A DNA stretch of 64,000 nt from Bacteroidales bacterium (GCA_047638115.1 JBLJBB010000107.1:2808-66807), one strand, 5' to 3'; counted from the first letter of the stretch, positions 9,374 through 17,673 are shown. Notes: generated by a model from the sequence alone, not told the origin. Made by a program: numbers and translations.

Positions 9374-10498
9374 ATGTATATCCATGAAATCGAAAACTGG
9401 ACTAACTTTACCTGGGAAAACGATAGAATTTATCCTTTGCTGGTAAAAACACGCTATTTACAAGGTAAATTACTTGGAAAAATGGCAAATATTGGGTTTC
9501 ATTTGAACTCAGAATCAACGTTAATTTCACTTACATTAGATGTAATTGATTCCTTTAAAATGGAAGGCGAATTTTTGAATTCCGATCAAGTTCGTTCATC
9601 TATTGCCCAACAATTAGGCATAGAAAATAACGATTTCATTAATTCTTCCCGTGATATTGAAACTATTGTATCTGTTTTTTTGGATGCAACACAGAATTTT
9701 TCAGATCCCTTAACTTCAGATCGCCTTTTTGGATGGCACCATTCATTATTTCCAAGTGGAAAATCAGGTATCCAAAAAATTGATGTTGCTCAATATCGTA
9801 CTGTTGGAATGAAAGTGGTTTCGGGTAGTTTTGGAAGAGAAAAAATCCATTTTATTGCCCCTCCTCCAGAGAAAGTTCCCCTTGAAATGGAACAATTCCT
9901 AAACTGGTTTAATAAAGATCAAGTATCTGTTGATCCACTTTTAAAAGCATTCATTTCCCATTTATGGTTTGTTACAATCCATCCTTTTGATGATGGGAAT
10001 GGTAGAATTGCAAGAGCCATTATGGATATGCAATTGGCTCGAAGCGATCAAAGTAAAATTCGTTTTTATAGTCTATCGAACCAGCTATATAAAGAACATA
10101 AAAAGTACAATCAATTGATTGAAAAAACCCAAAAGGGAAATTCAGATATTACTGAGTACTTAGAGTGGTTTTTGATTTCTTTTGAAAAAGCTTTACGCTC
10201 TAGTGAAATTCATCTTGGAATCGTTTTGGATAAAGCTAAATTTTGGGAATCTCATAATGGAAAAGATATTAATCCTCGTCAGAGATTTATCATTAATTAT
10301 TTATATGATCATTTTGACAAAGAATTGGGACTTTTACGTTCATCCAATTATGCAAAACTTCTCAAAATATCCACTGATACAGCTTTAAGAGATTTGAAAG
10401 ATTTGGTTGAGAAAGAGATGTTAATTGTTGAAGACCGTGGTAAGAAAACAAACTACTTGATTAATAGCCCATCAAGATTGAGAATTCCAAAACAATAA
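9374..10498 (+). CDS. fic: Fic family protein (class II, N-terminal inhibitory helix; DUF4172-type N-terminus, C-terminal wHTH-like region)
   Basis: Fic active-site motif HPFDDGNGRIARA and inhibitory motif S-x-x-x-E-G (SFKMEG). The ORF-track start 9185 runs through the GC-rich repeat, so the internal ATG at 9374 is preferred. Confidence 0.85.
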   Translation: MYIHEIENWTNFTWENDRIYPLLVKTRYLQGKLLGKMANIGFHLNSESTLISLTLDVIDSFKMEGEFLNSDQVRSSIAQQLGIENNDFINSSRDIETIVSVFLDATQNFSDPLTSDRLFGWHHSLFPSGKSGIQKIDVAQYRTVGMKVVSGSFGREKIHFIAPPPEKVPLEMEQFLNWFNKDQVSVDPLLKAFISHLWFVTIHPFDDGNGRIARAIMDMQLARSDQSKIRFYSLSNQLYKEHKKYNQLIEKTQKGNSDITEYLEWFLISFEKALRSSEIHLGIVLDKAKFWESHNGKDINPRQRFIINYLYDHFDKELGLLRSSNYAKLLKISTDTALRDLKDLVEKEMLIVEDRGKKTNYLINSPSRLRIPKQ

Positions 10499-10505
10499 TC
10501 CTTTT

Positions 10506-10539
10506 GCGGTGAAAACACCCCTTTTTCACCGCATATTTT
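10506..10539 (+). terminator. intrinsic terminator after fic
   Basis: GCGGTGAAAA-CACCCCT-TTTTCACCGC: a 10-bp perfect stem followed by ATATTTT. Confidence 0.7.
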
Positions 10540-10581
10540 GCGGTGAAAACTAAAAATTGCACACAAATTGAATGTTCTTTC

Positions 10582-11604
10582 TTAAACGAGGCACTTTTTT
10601 AGATTCTCGATAAACAGATTTACATCTTCGAGGGTGGTGTCCCAGGAGGTGACCAAACGGATCTCATGGGTGGATTCGTTCCAGATGTAGAAGAAATGAT
10701 GCTGTAACATCTCTTCTATGATTTGGGGCTCTAATGTGACTAAAATAATATTTCCATCTGTGGGTTGAGAAAACACAAAAGGATGTAAACCAGCCATTTC
10801 TGATCTTAAAACTTGGGCCATTTGGTTCGCATGTTGGGCATTTTTTAACCACAAATCGTTTTCAAAATAGGCCAGAAACTGGGCTGAACAAAACCTCATT
10901 TTGGAATATAACTGAGTAGATTGTTTGCGGATATATTTCATATTCTCCGCCAACTCTGGCTTGAAAGTGATCACCGATTCTCCCAGCATCATCCCATTTT
11001 TGGTGCCTCCAAAACTTAAAATGTCCACTCCAGCATCTGCGGTGATCTCTTTGAGGGTACATCCCAGCGTTGCGGCAGCATTGGCAATGCGAGCTCCATC
11101 CATGTGAAGGTACATGTTGTGTTGATGAAGCAGATCTGCTAAAGCTTTAATCTCAGCAGGAGTGTACAAGGTTCCCAACTCTGATAATTGAGAAATATAT
11201 AACACCTTGGGTTGTGAATGGTGTTCAAAACCGAGGTAATGGAACATCGAAGCCACCATCTCAGGAGTTATTTTTCCGTCGGTGGTTGGTATACTTTTGA
11301 TTGCTGCACCCGTAAGCCACTCGGGAGCACCACACTCATCCACAAAGATGTGCCCGGATTCGGGCGCCATGATGGCATGAAACGGTTGAACACAGGCACG
11401 CAACGCACAAATGTTAGCTCCAGTTCCATTAAACATAGGAAAAAATTGTGCCTCACTTCCAAATAGTTGTTTCACCTTTTCAGCAGCTAAAGTGGTGTAA
11501 GGATCATCCCCATAGGCGATAGTGTGATCTCTGTTGGCTTTATTTATAGCTTCAAGTATATCCGGATGGATTCCTGAGTGATTGTCGCTCCCAAAACTTC
11601 TCAT
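10582..11604 (-). CDS. ltaE: low-specificity L-threonine aldolase (beta-eliminating lyase family, PLP-dependent)
   Basis: N-terminal FGSDN, GTxAN, FGGTKNG (PLP-lysine region), 340 aa. Looks GC-richer than its neighbours by eye. Confidence 0.8.
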   Translation of the reverse strand: MRSFGSDNHSGIHPDILEAINKANRDHTIAYGDDPYTTLAAEKVKQLFGSEAQFFPMFNGTGANICALRACVQPFHAIMAPESGHIFVDECGAPEWLTGAAIKSIPTTDGKITPEMVASMFHYLGFEHHSQPKVLYISQLSELGTLYTPAEIKALADLLHQHNMYLHMDGARIANAAATLGCTLKEITADAGVDILSFGGTKNGMMLGESVITFKPELAENMKYIRKQSTQLYSKMRFCSAQFLAYFENDLWLKNAQHANQMAQVLRSEMAGLHPFVFSQPTDGNIILVTLEPQIIEEMLQHHFFYIWNESTHEIRLVTSWDTTLEDVNLFIENLKKCLV

Positions 11605-11624
11605 AAGTTAAATAATTTTAAGTA

Positions 11625-11632
11625 CAAAAGTA
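11625..11632 (-). promoter_or_regulatory. -7 box upstream of ltaE
   Basis: Minus-strand TACTTTTG lies 21 nt upstream of the ATG at 11604. Confidence 0.45.
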
Positions 11633-11674
11633 CAAAAAAGAGACGAGATGGCGCCTGTAAATTAGTTTACTTTT

Positions 11675-12520
11675 TTAAGAACAGCTACATTCGCTACAAG
11701 AACCACATTCAGGTTTTTCAGCATAAACGGTGATGCTATAGATTCCTGTTTTGGATTTGTTAAAATCTACCAATTCCTCTTCGGTAAGGTAATCCAGTAA
11801 AATCTCATCTGGAATGATAATCTGTTTCTCTTTTTGAAGTTTAATGTTGACAAAACCTTTATCTTCAATTAATTTCAAATAGGCATCTTTTTGAATTGCT
11901 CCAGAAACACAACCCGCATACATCTCGGCAGCGTTAACGATTGGGGCAGGGAGTTCCCCAATAAGCACGACATCAGAGATGGAGAAGTGTCCATTTGCTT
12001 TTAGAACTCTGAAAATTTCAGCAAATGCTTTTCGTTTATCTGGAACTAAGTTTAGAACACAGTTGCTGATCACAACATCTGCTTTATTAGCGCCAATGGG
12101 CATATTTTCAATATCTCCTAGTCTGAATTGAACATTCGTGAAACCATATTTATCGCAATTTTTGTTTGCTAAGGCGATCATGGCTTCGGTCATATCCACT
12201 CCAATAACCAAACCACTCTCTCCAACCATCGAGCGCGCTACAAAAGCATCGTTTCCGGCACCAGATCCTAAATCGATTACAGTGTCTCCCGGTTTGATGA
12301 AAGCAAATTCGGTAGGTAACCCGCACCCAAGACCGAGGTCAGCATCTGCGATATACCCTGCAATTTTGTTATAGTTATCACTAAAAATGGTATAGTCTAC
12401 ATTGCTACAACAACTAGATCCGGAGCCGCAGCATGATGATTGATTTTGCCCTTTGGTTTGATTGGCAATCTCAGTATATTTCTCTTTTACAATTTCTTTT
12501 ACGTCTTTCATGGGTTTCAT
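11675..12520 (-). CDS. arsM: arsenite S-adenosylmethionine methyltransferase-like (ArsM/AS3MT family)
   Basis: Cys cluster near the N-terminus (SSCCGSGSSCC), SAM motif I VIDLGSGAGND, conserved GCVSGA, and a Cys-rich C-terminus. The start at 12520 (MKPMKD) was chosen because a -7 box sits at 12533-12540. Confidence 0.7.
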   Translation of the reverse strand: MKPMKDVKEIVKEKYTEIANQTKGQNQSSCCGSGSSCCSNVDYTIFSDNYNKIAGYIADADLGLGCGLPTEFAFIKPGDTVIDLGSGAGNDAFVARSMVGESGLVIGVDMTEAMIALANKNCDKYGFTNVQFRLGDIENMPIGANKADVVISNCVLNLVPDKRKAFAEIFRVLKANGHFSISDVVLIGELPAPIVNAAEMYAGCVSGAIQKDAYLKLIEDKGFVNIKLQKEKQIIIPDEILLDYLTEEELVDFNKSKTGIYSITVYAEKPECGSCSECSCS

Positions 12521-12532
12521 TTTTATATTTCG

Positions 12533-12540
12533 CAAAAGTA
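12533..12540 (-). promoter_or_regulatory. -7 box upstream of arsM
   Basis: Minus-strand TACTTTTG. Confidence 0.4.
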
Positions 12541-12597
12541 CGAAATGTTTTTCATATAGAAGGGATAAAAAGATTTAAAAACTTTAAGTTTCATTTT

Positions 12598-12720
12598 TTT
12601 TGGGCATTCCCCCTCGCTTCGCTCGGGGTCGGGCTTGTTCCGGGGTTCGCTTCGCTCCCGTACTCCATTCCGCTTCGCTCCATTCCGTACCGGCTTCGCC
12701 GCCCTCCACATCCCTAATGC
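12598..12720 (+). repeat. GC-rich interspersed element, family B copy 2 (short form)
   Basis: TTTGGGCATTCC...CCCTAATGC. Shares two long blocks with the copy at 9076. Spurious ORFs 12433..12717, 12523..12711 and 12600..12830 run through it. Confidence 0.85.
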
Positions 12721-12734
12721 AAGTCGGGCTCAGG

Positions 12735-12750
12735 GCAAATGGCAAATGGC
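12735..12750. repeat. short tandem repeat (GCAAATG)x2
   Basis: GCAAATGGCAAATGGC directly after the element. A similar GGCCAATGGCCAAGGG follows the element at 34955. Confidence 0.6.
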
Positions 12751-12794
12751 TAAGGGGTTTCAGTTGTCAGATTTCAGTATTTGTTTTCTTAAAA

Positions 12795-12838
12795 ATTAAC
12801 CACAAAGTGCACAAAGTTTTAATAAAGTAACACAGAGG
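12795..12838 (+). repeat. AACCACAAAG-type repeat module, copy 1
   Basis: ATTAACCACAAAGTGCACAAAGTTTTAATAAAGTAACACAGAGG here versus ATTAACCACAAAGAACACAAAGTTTTAACAAAGTTATACAAAGG at 35096. Confidence 0.8.
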
Positions 12839-12852
12839 AATAGTGAATCGTC

Positions 12853-12878
12853 TCGCTGCAGAGCAGCGTTATATTTGT
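12853..12878 (+). repeat. 26-nt direct repeat, copy 1: palindrome CGCTGC-AGA-GCAGCG fused to TATATTTG
   Basis: TCGCTGCAGAGCAGCGTTATATTTGT, identical to 12906-12931. Period is 53 nt. Confidence 0.85.
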
Positions 12879-12905
12879 AGCAAACGAATTAACTGTCAAG
12901 TATTG

Positions 12906-12931
12906 TCGCTGCAGAGCAGCGTTATATTTGT
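12906..12931 (+). repeat. 26-nt direct repeat, copy 2
   Basis: TCGCTGCAGAGCAGCGTTATATTTGT. A third related -7-like box (TTATTTTTGTCGCAGAAATAA) lies near 12975-12995. Confidence 0.85.
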
Positions 12932-13063
12932 TGCAGAAATAATGAATAATTGAGTAGATAGAACATTTTTTTTCTTATTTTTGTCGCAGAAATAAAATTA
13001 GAACTATAAAAACCTCCCTCAACGCTCCCTCTTTAAACAGAATCAATTGTCAGGAATGAAAAA

Positions 13064-13231
13064 GTATCGATAAGGAATATAAATGTATTATTAAGGATAT
13101 CAGTTGTAACTATAAGGAAACTACATGTACTGAAAAGGAATTACAATGTAAGATAAAGGAATTAAATTACATATATAAGGAATAAAAGTGTACTCAAAAG
13201 GAATTTGATTGTAACTATAAAAATACAGATA
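13064..13231 (+). repeat. array of eight exactly phased 21-bp tandem repeats (consensus GTAnnnAtAAGGAAtnnAnnT)
   Basis: Units start at 13064, 13085, 13106, 13127, 13148, 13169, 13190 and 13211. Seven of eight contain AAGGA at the same offset and seven of eight start with GTA. The last unit abuts the ATG at 13231. Confidence 0.85.
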
Positions 13232-13848
13232 TGGCCACAAAAAGAACGATGAGTGACCTAAAGTTACTCGAAAGATGCAGAATAGAGATAGAAAACCTGC
13301 AGAAACAAACCGATATGGCCGCAACAATGGCCCAATTCGGGTACGATTCTGAAGCAATCCTCGAAGGGAAAGCACTGTTTGATACTGCGCGAGCCGCTTA
13401 TGATCATCATATAAAGTACAAGGATTTACTTAGGGAGAAAGTTTTTCAGTTTAAAGAAATACAGAATCGATTGAAAATGTTATATGGTTTACATCGCAAG
13501 AAGGCGAAGCTGCTATTCCGAAATGACCCGATGGCGCAGACCCAATTGGAACTCACCGGAACAGTACCCCGTAATTTTGTCCCTTGGTTGGAAATGGTTC
13601 GGACATTTTACAAGGTGCTTACTGAAAATCCCGATTTAGCACATCCCTTACTCCGACTAAAGGTAACACCGGACGAGATTCAAGAGGGACACACTCTGAT
13701 AACCAAACTCGAAGAACAACGTTCTGACTACTTTCGGGCAAAAGGGGATTGTCAGCTCTCCACCCTCACCAAAGAAGAAGCTCTTAACTCCTTACACCAT
13801 TGGATCTCCACACTACAAGCTACCGCAAAGATTGCCTTTATGGAATAA
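13231..13848 (+). CDS. hypothetical protein, predicted all-helical, no recognisable motif
   Basis: Clean 205-aa ORF with no signal peptide. Looks GC-richer than the flanks by eye. Followed by a shared terminator module. Confidence 0.55.
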   Translation: MATKRTMSDLKLLERCRIEIENLQKQTDMAATMAQFGYDSEAILEGKALFDTARAAYDHHIKYKDLLREKVFQFKEIQNRLKMLYGLHRKKAKLLFRNDPMAQTQLELTGTVPRNFVPWLEMVRTFYKVLTENPDLAHPLLRLKVTPDEIQEGHTLITKLEEQRSDYFRAKGDCQLSTLTKEEALNSLHHWISTLQATAKIAFME

Positions 13849-13975
13849 AAATGTATTTTTGACCAATGAAGCTTACACAACCCAAGATGACTACTATTGG
13901 ATCTACCCAAAATGTTTTGAAGATTTTAAGGAGGAGTTTGAGTGGAAAATGATTTAAAATTAATTACACTATCTT

Positions 13976-14034
13976 TTGATTTTTGATCCTGTAATAAATA
14001 TTACCGAACCCCTTGAATAAAGGGGTTTTTTATT
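13976..14034 (+). terminator. conserved ~60-nt terminator module, copy 1
   Basis: TTGATTTTTGATCCTGTAAT...AACCCCTTGAATAAAGGGGTTTTTTATTT. The hairpin AACCCCTT/AAGGGGTT is followed by a T-run. The same module occurs at 16541-16600. Confidence 0.8.
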
Positions 14035-14070
14035 TTATTTTTAGAAGTTTAATTATTTAAAAAAAAATAT

Positions 14071-14078
14071 TATATTTG
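14071..14078 (+). promoter_or_regulatory. -7 box 224 nt upstream of the 14302 lipoprotein gene
   Basis: TATATTTG followed by CGCAC. Implies a long leader that contains the hairpin at 14190. Confidence 0.35.
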
Positions 14079-14189
14079 CGCACTGAAAAACTGCACATTT
14101 CTTAAAAAACAGAAAAAAAATATTTATCACTATTAGAGATTTTTGAAATTAACAAATAAATTTATTAAATGGAGATTTTAATCTTTTAT

Positions 14190-14227
14190 TTTTTGATCCA
14201 TTAGGAATAATCCTAATGGATCAAAAA
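14190..14227 (+). other. perfect 17-bp hairpin in the 5' leader or intergenic region
   Basis: TTTTTGATCCATTAGGA-ATAA-TCCTAATGGATCAAAAA. Confidence 0.8.
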
Positions 14228-14301
14228 GAGTTATATAATCAGAAAAAAAATAAAAAAATAATAAGTTCGCTTTCTAAGGCGCACATTAAATATAGATTAA
14301 G

Positions 14302-15459
14302 ATGAAAAAAAAATTAAATTTAAAAATTATAATAGTATTATTTGTTTTTGTAAATTGTTGCTTTTTTATTGGATGTAATAATGAAACAGATTCTCAATTA
14401 AAAACTCTTAAATTGAGCAATGAACTTGCCTCCCTTTATGAGAATGTGCCCATTTATAATTTTGGGAACATTACACTGATTAATGGTGATATTTTGCGAT
14501 TTGAAAATGAGGATCACTATAACAATGTTTACAAAAATCTGATAAATCAATACGAAGCTTGGTCAAATCTTTTCTTTCAAAAATATAATAATGAATTGGT
14601 TTTAGATTCTATTATTGAGAAACTTGAATTTGATGATTATACACCATTAATTCTTTTTGAAGAAAATTATAGTTTCTCAAATAATCTCCGTTCAATTTGT
14701 TTAGAAAATGAAGAATTATGGTTACAAAATGAAGCTATTGGAAATTTCCCAGATGACGAAATCATACCATGTCCCATTGAACAAACTCTTTACTCAAAGT
14801 TTCATGAAATTTGTATAGGAGATACAATATATCAACATCGATCAGATGGTTCCATTGTTTACTTTCCAATATCTGAAATCGGTTATATTCAGTCTGTTAG
14901 AAATGCACTGTCAGAAGAGGAATTAAATAAATTAAAAATTGAAAATCCAAAAATTACTATTTGTCATGACATTACTGAATGTTATTGGAGCAGTTATTTT
15001 AAAAATGGGATGCAATACCATAGTGAAGCAGGAGAAAAGAAGTTTACTTGGACATATAAATATGATCAGGCTACCTCATATAGTCATCATAATAGAACAA
15101 AAGTAACCATGAGAAATTATATTAAAAAAAATGGAGAGTGGAAAAGAGATTATGCAATTTGTGCCCTTAGCTCAGAAGCGTCATTATATACATTTATGTT
15201 TCTAGCTAGAACTTGTACTTATAATAGTGAAAACCCTTCAATAATGCAAACACCTAACAAATTTTATTTAAGAACACAAATTTGGCAGACTCTCCATAAG
15301 CCTTGCACTATTACGGGAACAACTTCATATGGAGGTATATCAACAAATAATGAAATTATAGATGGAACATATACTGTGGACCCTTTTGAAAGCTATATTA
15401 AATGTCGACATGAAGGATGGACCTTTCAATTTAATGCAGGAACAGGAGTCACCGAATAA
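14302..15459 (+). CDS. hypothetical lipoprotein
   Basis: Signal peptide with lipobox (FFIGC). 385 aa, Cys-rich mature part, no recognisable domain. Confidence 0.55.
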   Translation: MKKKLNLKIIIVLFVFVNCCFFIGCNNETDSQLKTLKLSNELASLYENVPIYNFGNITLINGDILRFENEDHYNNVYKNLINQYEAWSNLFFQKYNNELVLDSIIEKLEFDDYTPLILFEENYSFSNNLRSICLENEELWLQNEAIGNFPDDEIIPCPIEQTLYSKFHEICIGDTIYQHRSDGSIVYFPISEIGYIQSVRNALSEEELNKLKIENPKITICHDITECYWSSYFKNGMQYHSEAGEKKFTWTYKYDQATSYSHHNRTKVTMRNYIKKNGEWKRDYAICALSSEASLYTFMFLARTCTYNSENPSIMQTPNKFYLRTQIWQTLHKPCTITGTTSYGGISTNNEIIDGTYTVDPFESYIKCRHEGWTFQFNAGTGVTE

Positions 15460-15597
15460 ATAACTAAAGTATTGTAAAAGCCTTCTTTTACTTTTAAAAA
15501 CAATCTAGGCATAAATAAAATATTAGTTTTAAAAATAGATTGTATCTTTTATGATTATATCCTTTTATTTATGTTTTACAATTTTTCTACATTATTA

Positions 15598-16521
15598 ATG
15601 AATAAAAAAATAATTAACATCCGTTTATTAATATTTGCACTTTTTTCGATGTTTTTTTTTAAAATTCACGCACAAAGTGTTCCATCTAAACAACCCTTTC
15701 AAGGTTTTCATATTGGACTTACCGGACAAACAGAATTTGTACAAAAATGTTCTTTTATTGCCCTTTCTGGCTCAGATCCAATACCTCGAGCAAGATGGAC
15801 AACAGGATGTGAAACAGGTTTGGAGTTTTCTTATCATTTTGGAAAATATTTCGGTATTGTTGCAGGTATTAATTATGGTACAGTTTTATCATTTAAAAAT
15901 GACATATACATGAGTACAGTCCCTGATGGCGCTGGTGGGTGGGAAGTTTGGAATGAATACGAGACCGCTTTGTCAACAGTTAGTGAAAATGGAATAATTA
16001 TTCCACTTAAGTTAGAATTTCATTTTCCTATGTATAGAAATATATTTTTTATGGCAGAAACCGGAATTAAAATAAAAGGTTTGTTGGAACGTCTAGCTTA
16101 TAGAGATGGTGGTATGGGTCTTTATTCTACTACTGTAGATTTTTCTTATTATCCTACTTCTGGCAATCAAATCGAAAATATTAGTTATTATTCTGATTTT
16201 GGAGAAAGAAATATGGGGGAAATCAGTTGCGATTTGCTTTTAGGATTAGGGTTGTATTATAAATTGCCTTATAGTGATTTGCTTCGTTTTTCAGCAGGTG
16301 TAAACATCTCTTTTAACAACATCATTGAGGGTTATTATAATTACCATCTCACAAACAGTTACGGTACTTTTGCAATTAAAAATGATTTTTTCTATACTCA
16401 ACTTTCTTATATTCATACACTGAATTATAAGAAAGCTAAAAAATATCTGAAAGCTCAAGGGATAACTTATTCAACTAAAAATGACCGAAGAAAGGCAATT
16501 ATTAATTTACTCAATAATTGA
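15598..16521 (+). CDS. hypothetical outer-membrane beta-barrel-like protein (ORF-track start 15571)
   Basis: Signal peptide ending KIHAQ. Alternating aromatic and small residues, with a C-terminal Y/F-rich region. Confidence 0.45.
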   Translation: MNKKIINIRLLIFALFSMFFFKIHAQSVPSKQPFQGFHIGLTGQTEFVQKCSFIALSGSDPIPRARWTTGCETGLEFSYHFGKYFGIVAGINYGTVLSFKNDIYMSTVPDGAGGWEVWNEYETALSTVSENGIIIPLKLEFHFPMYRNIFFMAETGIKIKGLLERLAYRDGGMGLYSTTVDFSYYPTSGNQIENISYYSDFGERNMGEISCDLLLGLGLYYKLPYSDLLRFSAGVNISFNNIIEGYYNYHLTNSYGTFAIKNDFFYTQLSYIHTLNYKKAKKYLKAQGITYSTKNDRRKAIINLLNN

Positions 16522-16540
16522 AACGCACACAATTTTCTAT

Positions 16541-16600
16541 TTGATTTTTGATCCTGTAATGGGAGCTACTAAACCCCTTGAATAAAGGGGTTTTTTATTT
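16541..16600 (+). terminator. conserved ~60-nt terminator module, copy 2
   Basis: TTGATTTTTGATCCTGTAAT...AAACCCCTTGAATAAAGGGGTTTTTTATTT. Confidence 0.8.
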
Positions 16601-17004
16601 GGTAAGTATTACAACTATTCTCGTTCCTTTATAAATCCATTAATTTACATAACTCGGACATGAAGAATTTTTAACACTAAACAAAGATTGACAAAGTAAA
16701 TATTAAAAATAGAAATTTAATTTTTAGAACTCAATTGTTTATGCCATAAGTTTGTTCAATATTTATTTTATATCTATTACATTATGGTCAAATGTCCCTT
16801 TAATTTTTCTTCCATTTTTCTTAGTATTTTTTATTACAAAACGACTAGTAAATAATGTGGAGTGGTTTTCGATAGTGTTCTTGACCTATAAAACTGAACT
16901 ATAATGCTAGAATCCACCATGGAATATTGCTCTGAAATATGCATTTTGTTCTGAATCGTTTTTTTTTCATTTATTGTATTATCTATTTTACTTTCAATTA
17001 TCAA

Positions 17005-17673
17005 TTACCTTTTTTTGATAGACTTTTTTAAAGCTTTATAATCAAACAAATAAGACAAACTGAATTCAGCAAATAAATTTTTTGAATAAGAAATATGAGA
17101 GACAGTTGTATTTTTGAAAATATCAGTTAAACTTGAAGAAATTCTAATTTCAGCTTGGAATAACCCCATTGAAGTATGTTGTGAAATTCCAAATCCTAAA
17201 CATAAACCAAATCCAGTTTTATTGTTTGATTTTTTTCTATAATAATCTTTTTCTTCTTCTCCTTCCAATAAGTTAATTTGCTCTTTTTCAGAAAGAAGAT
17301 ATGAAACATAAGGGCCCATATTCAATAAAAATCTTGTTTTTTGATTTTCTAAATTAACATGAGTCATAAAAGGTATTTGAATATAATTTAATCTTCTTTT
17401 ATAAGTATTTGTTGAATCTAAGTTTTCATTCCAACCAACTTGTTTAAAATTCAGTTCTATTTGGATTCCTAAACCTTGTTGTGAAATATGTTTAAATATC
17501 AAACCACTTGTCAATCCAGTATAAATTTTCTGTTTGATGATCGGATCAGAAATAATTCCAGAAATATTGCCACCTATTTTAATTCCAAAATATGTTTCTG
17601 TTTCAAAATCATTTTGTGAGTTTACATTTACAGTTAAAAATAAAGTGATTATAAATAAAATAGTTTTTTTCAT
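17005..17673 (-). CDS. outer-membrane beta-barrel protein (porin/PorT-like family)
   Basis: Signal peptide (LTVNVNSQ). 222 aa with alternating hydrophobic strands and a C-terminal aromatic-rich strand. Confidence 0.5.
   Translation of the reverse strand: MKKTILFIITLFLTVNVNSQNDFETETYFGIKIGGNISGIISDPIIKQKIYTGLTSGLIFKHISQQGLGIQIELNFKQVGWNENLDSTNTYKRRLNYIQIPFMTHVNLENQKTRFLLNMGPYVSYLLSEKEQINLLEGEEEKDYYRKKSNNKTGFGLCLGFGISQHTSMGLFQAEIRISSSLTDIFKNTTVSHISYSKNLFAEFSLSYLFDYKALKKSIKKR

Noticed and set aside
12853-12931. Possible mini-CRISPR: two identical 26-nt repeats containing a palindrome, separated by a 27-nt spacer.
   Set aside because: There are only two repeats and no cas genes anywhere in the window. 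The repeat ends in a consensus promoter -7 box, and a third degenerate unit lacks the palindrome. Better explained as duplicated promoter/operator units.
13121-13375. Minus-strand 84-aa ORF whose C-terminus would be a heptad-like peptide repeat (IPFEYTF IPYICNL IPLSYIV IPFQYM) encoded by the 21-bp array.
   Set aside because: Its N-terminal half is antisense to the well-formed 13231..13848 ORF and it has no start context. The periodicity is a by-product of 21 nt equalling 7 codons. It is kept only as the alternative named in the array finding.
16600-17004. 400-nt ORF-free region that might be a decayed gene or IS fragment.
   Set aside because: Six-frame reading by eye gives only short stop-riddled fragments with no recognisable motif. 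I cannot support any call without a database search.
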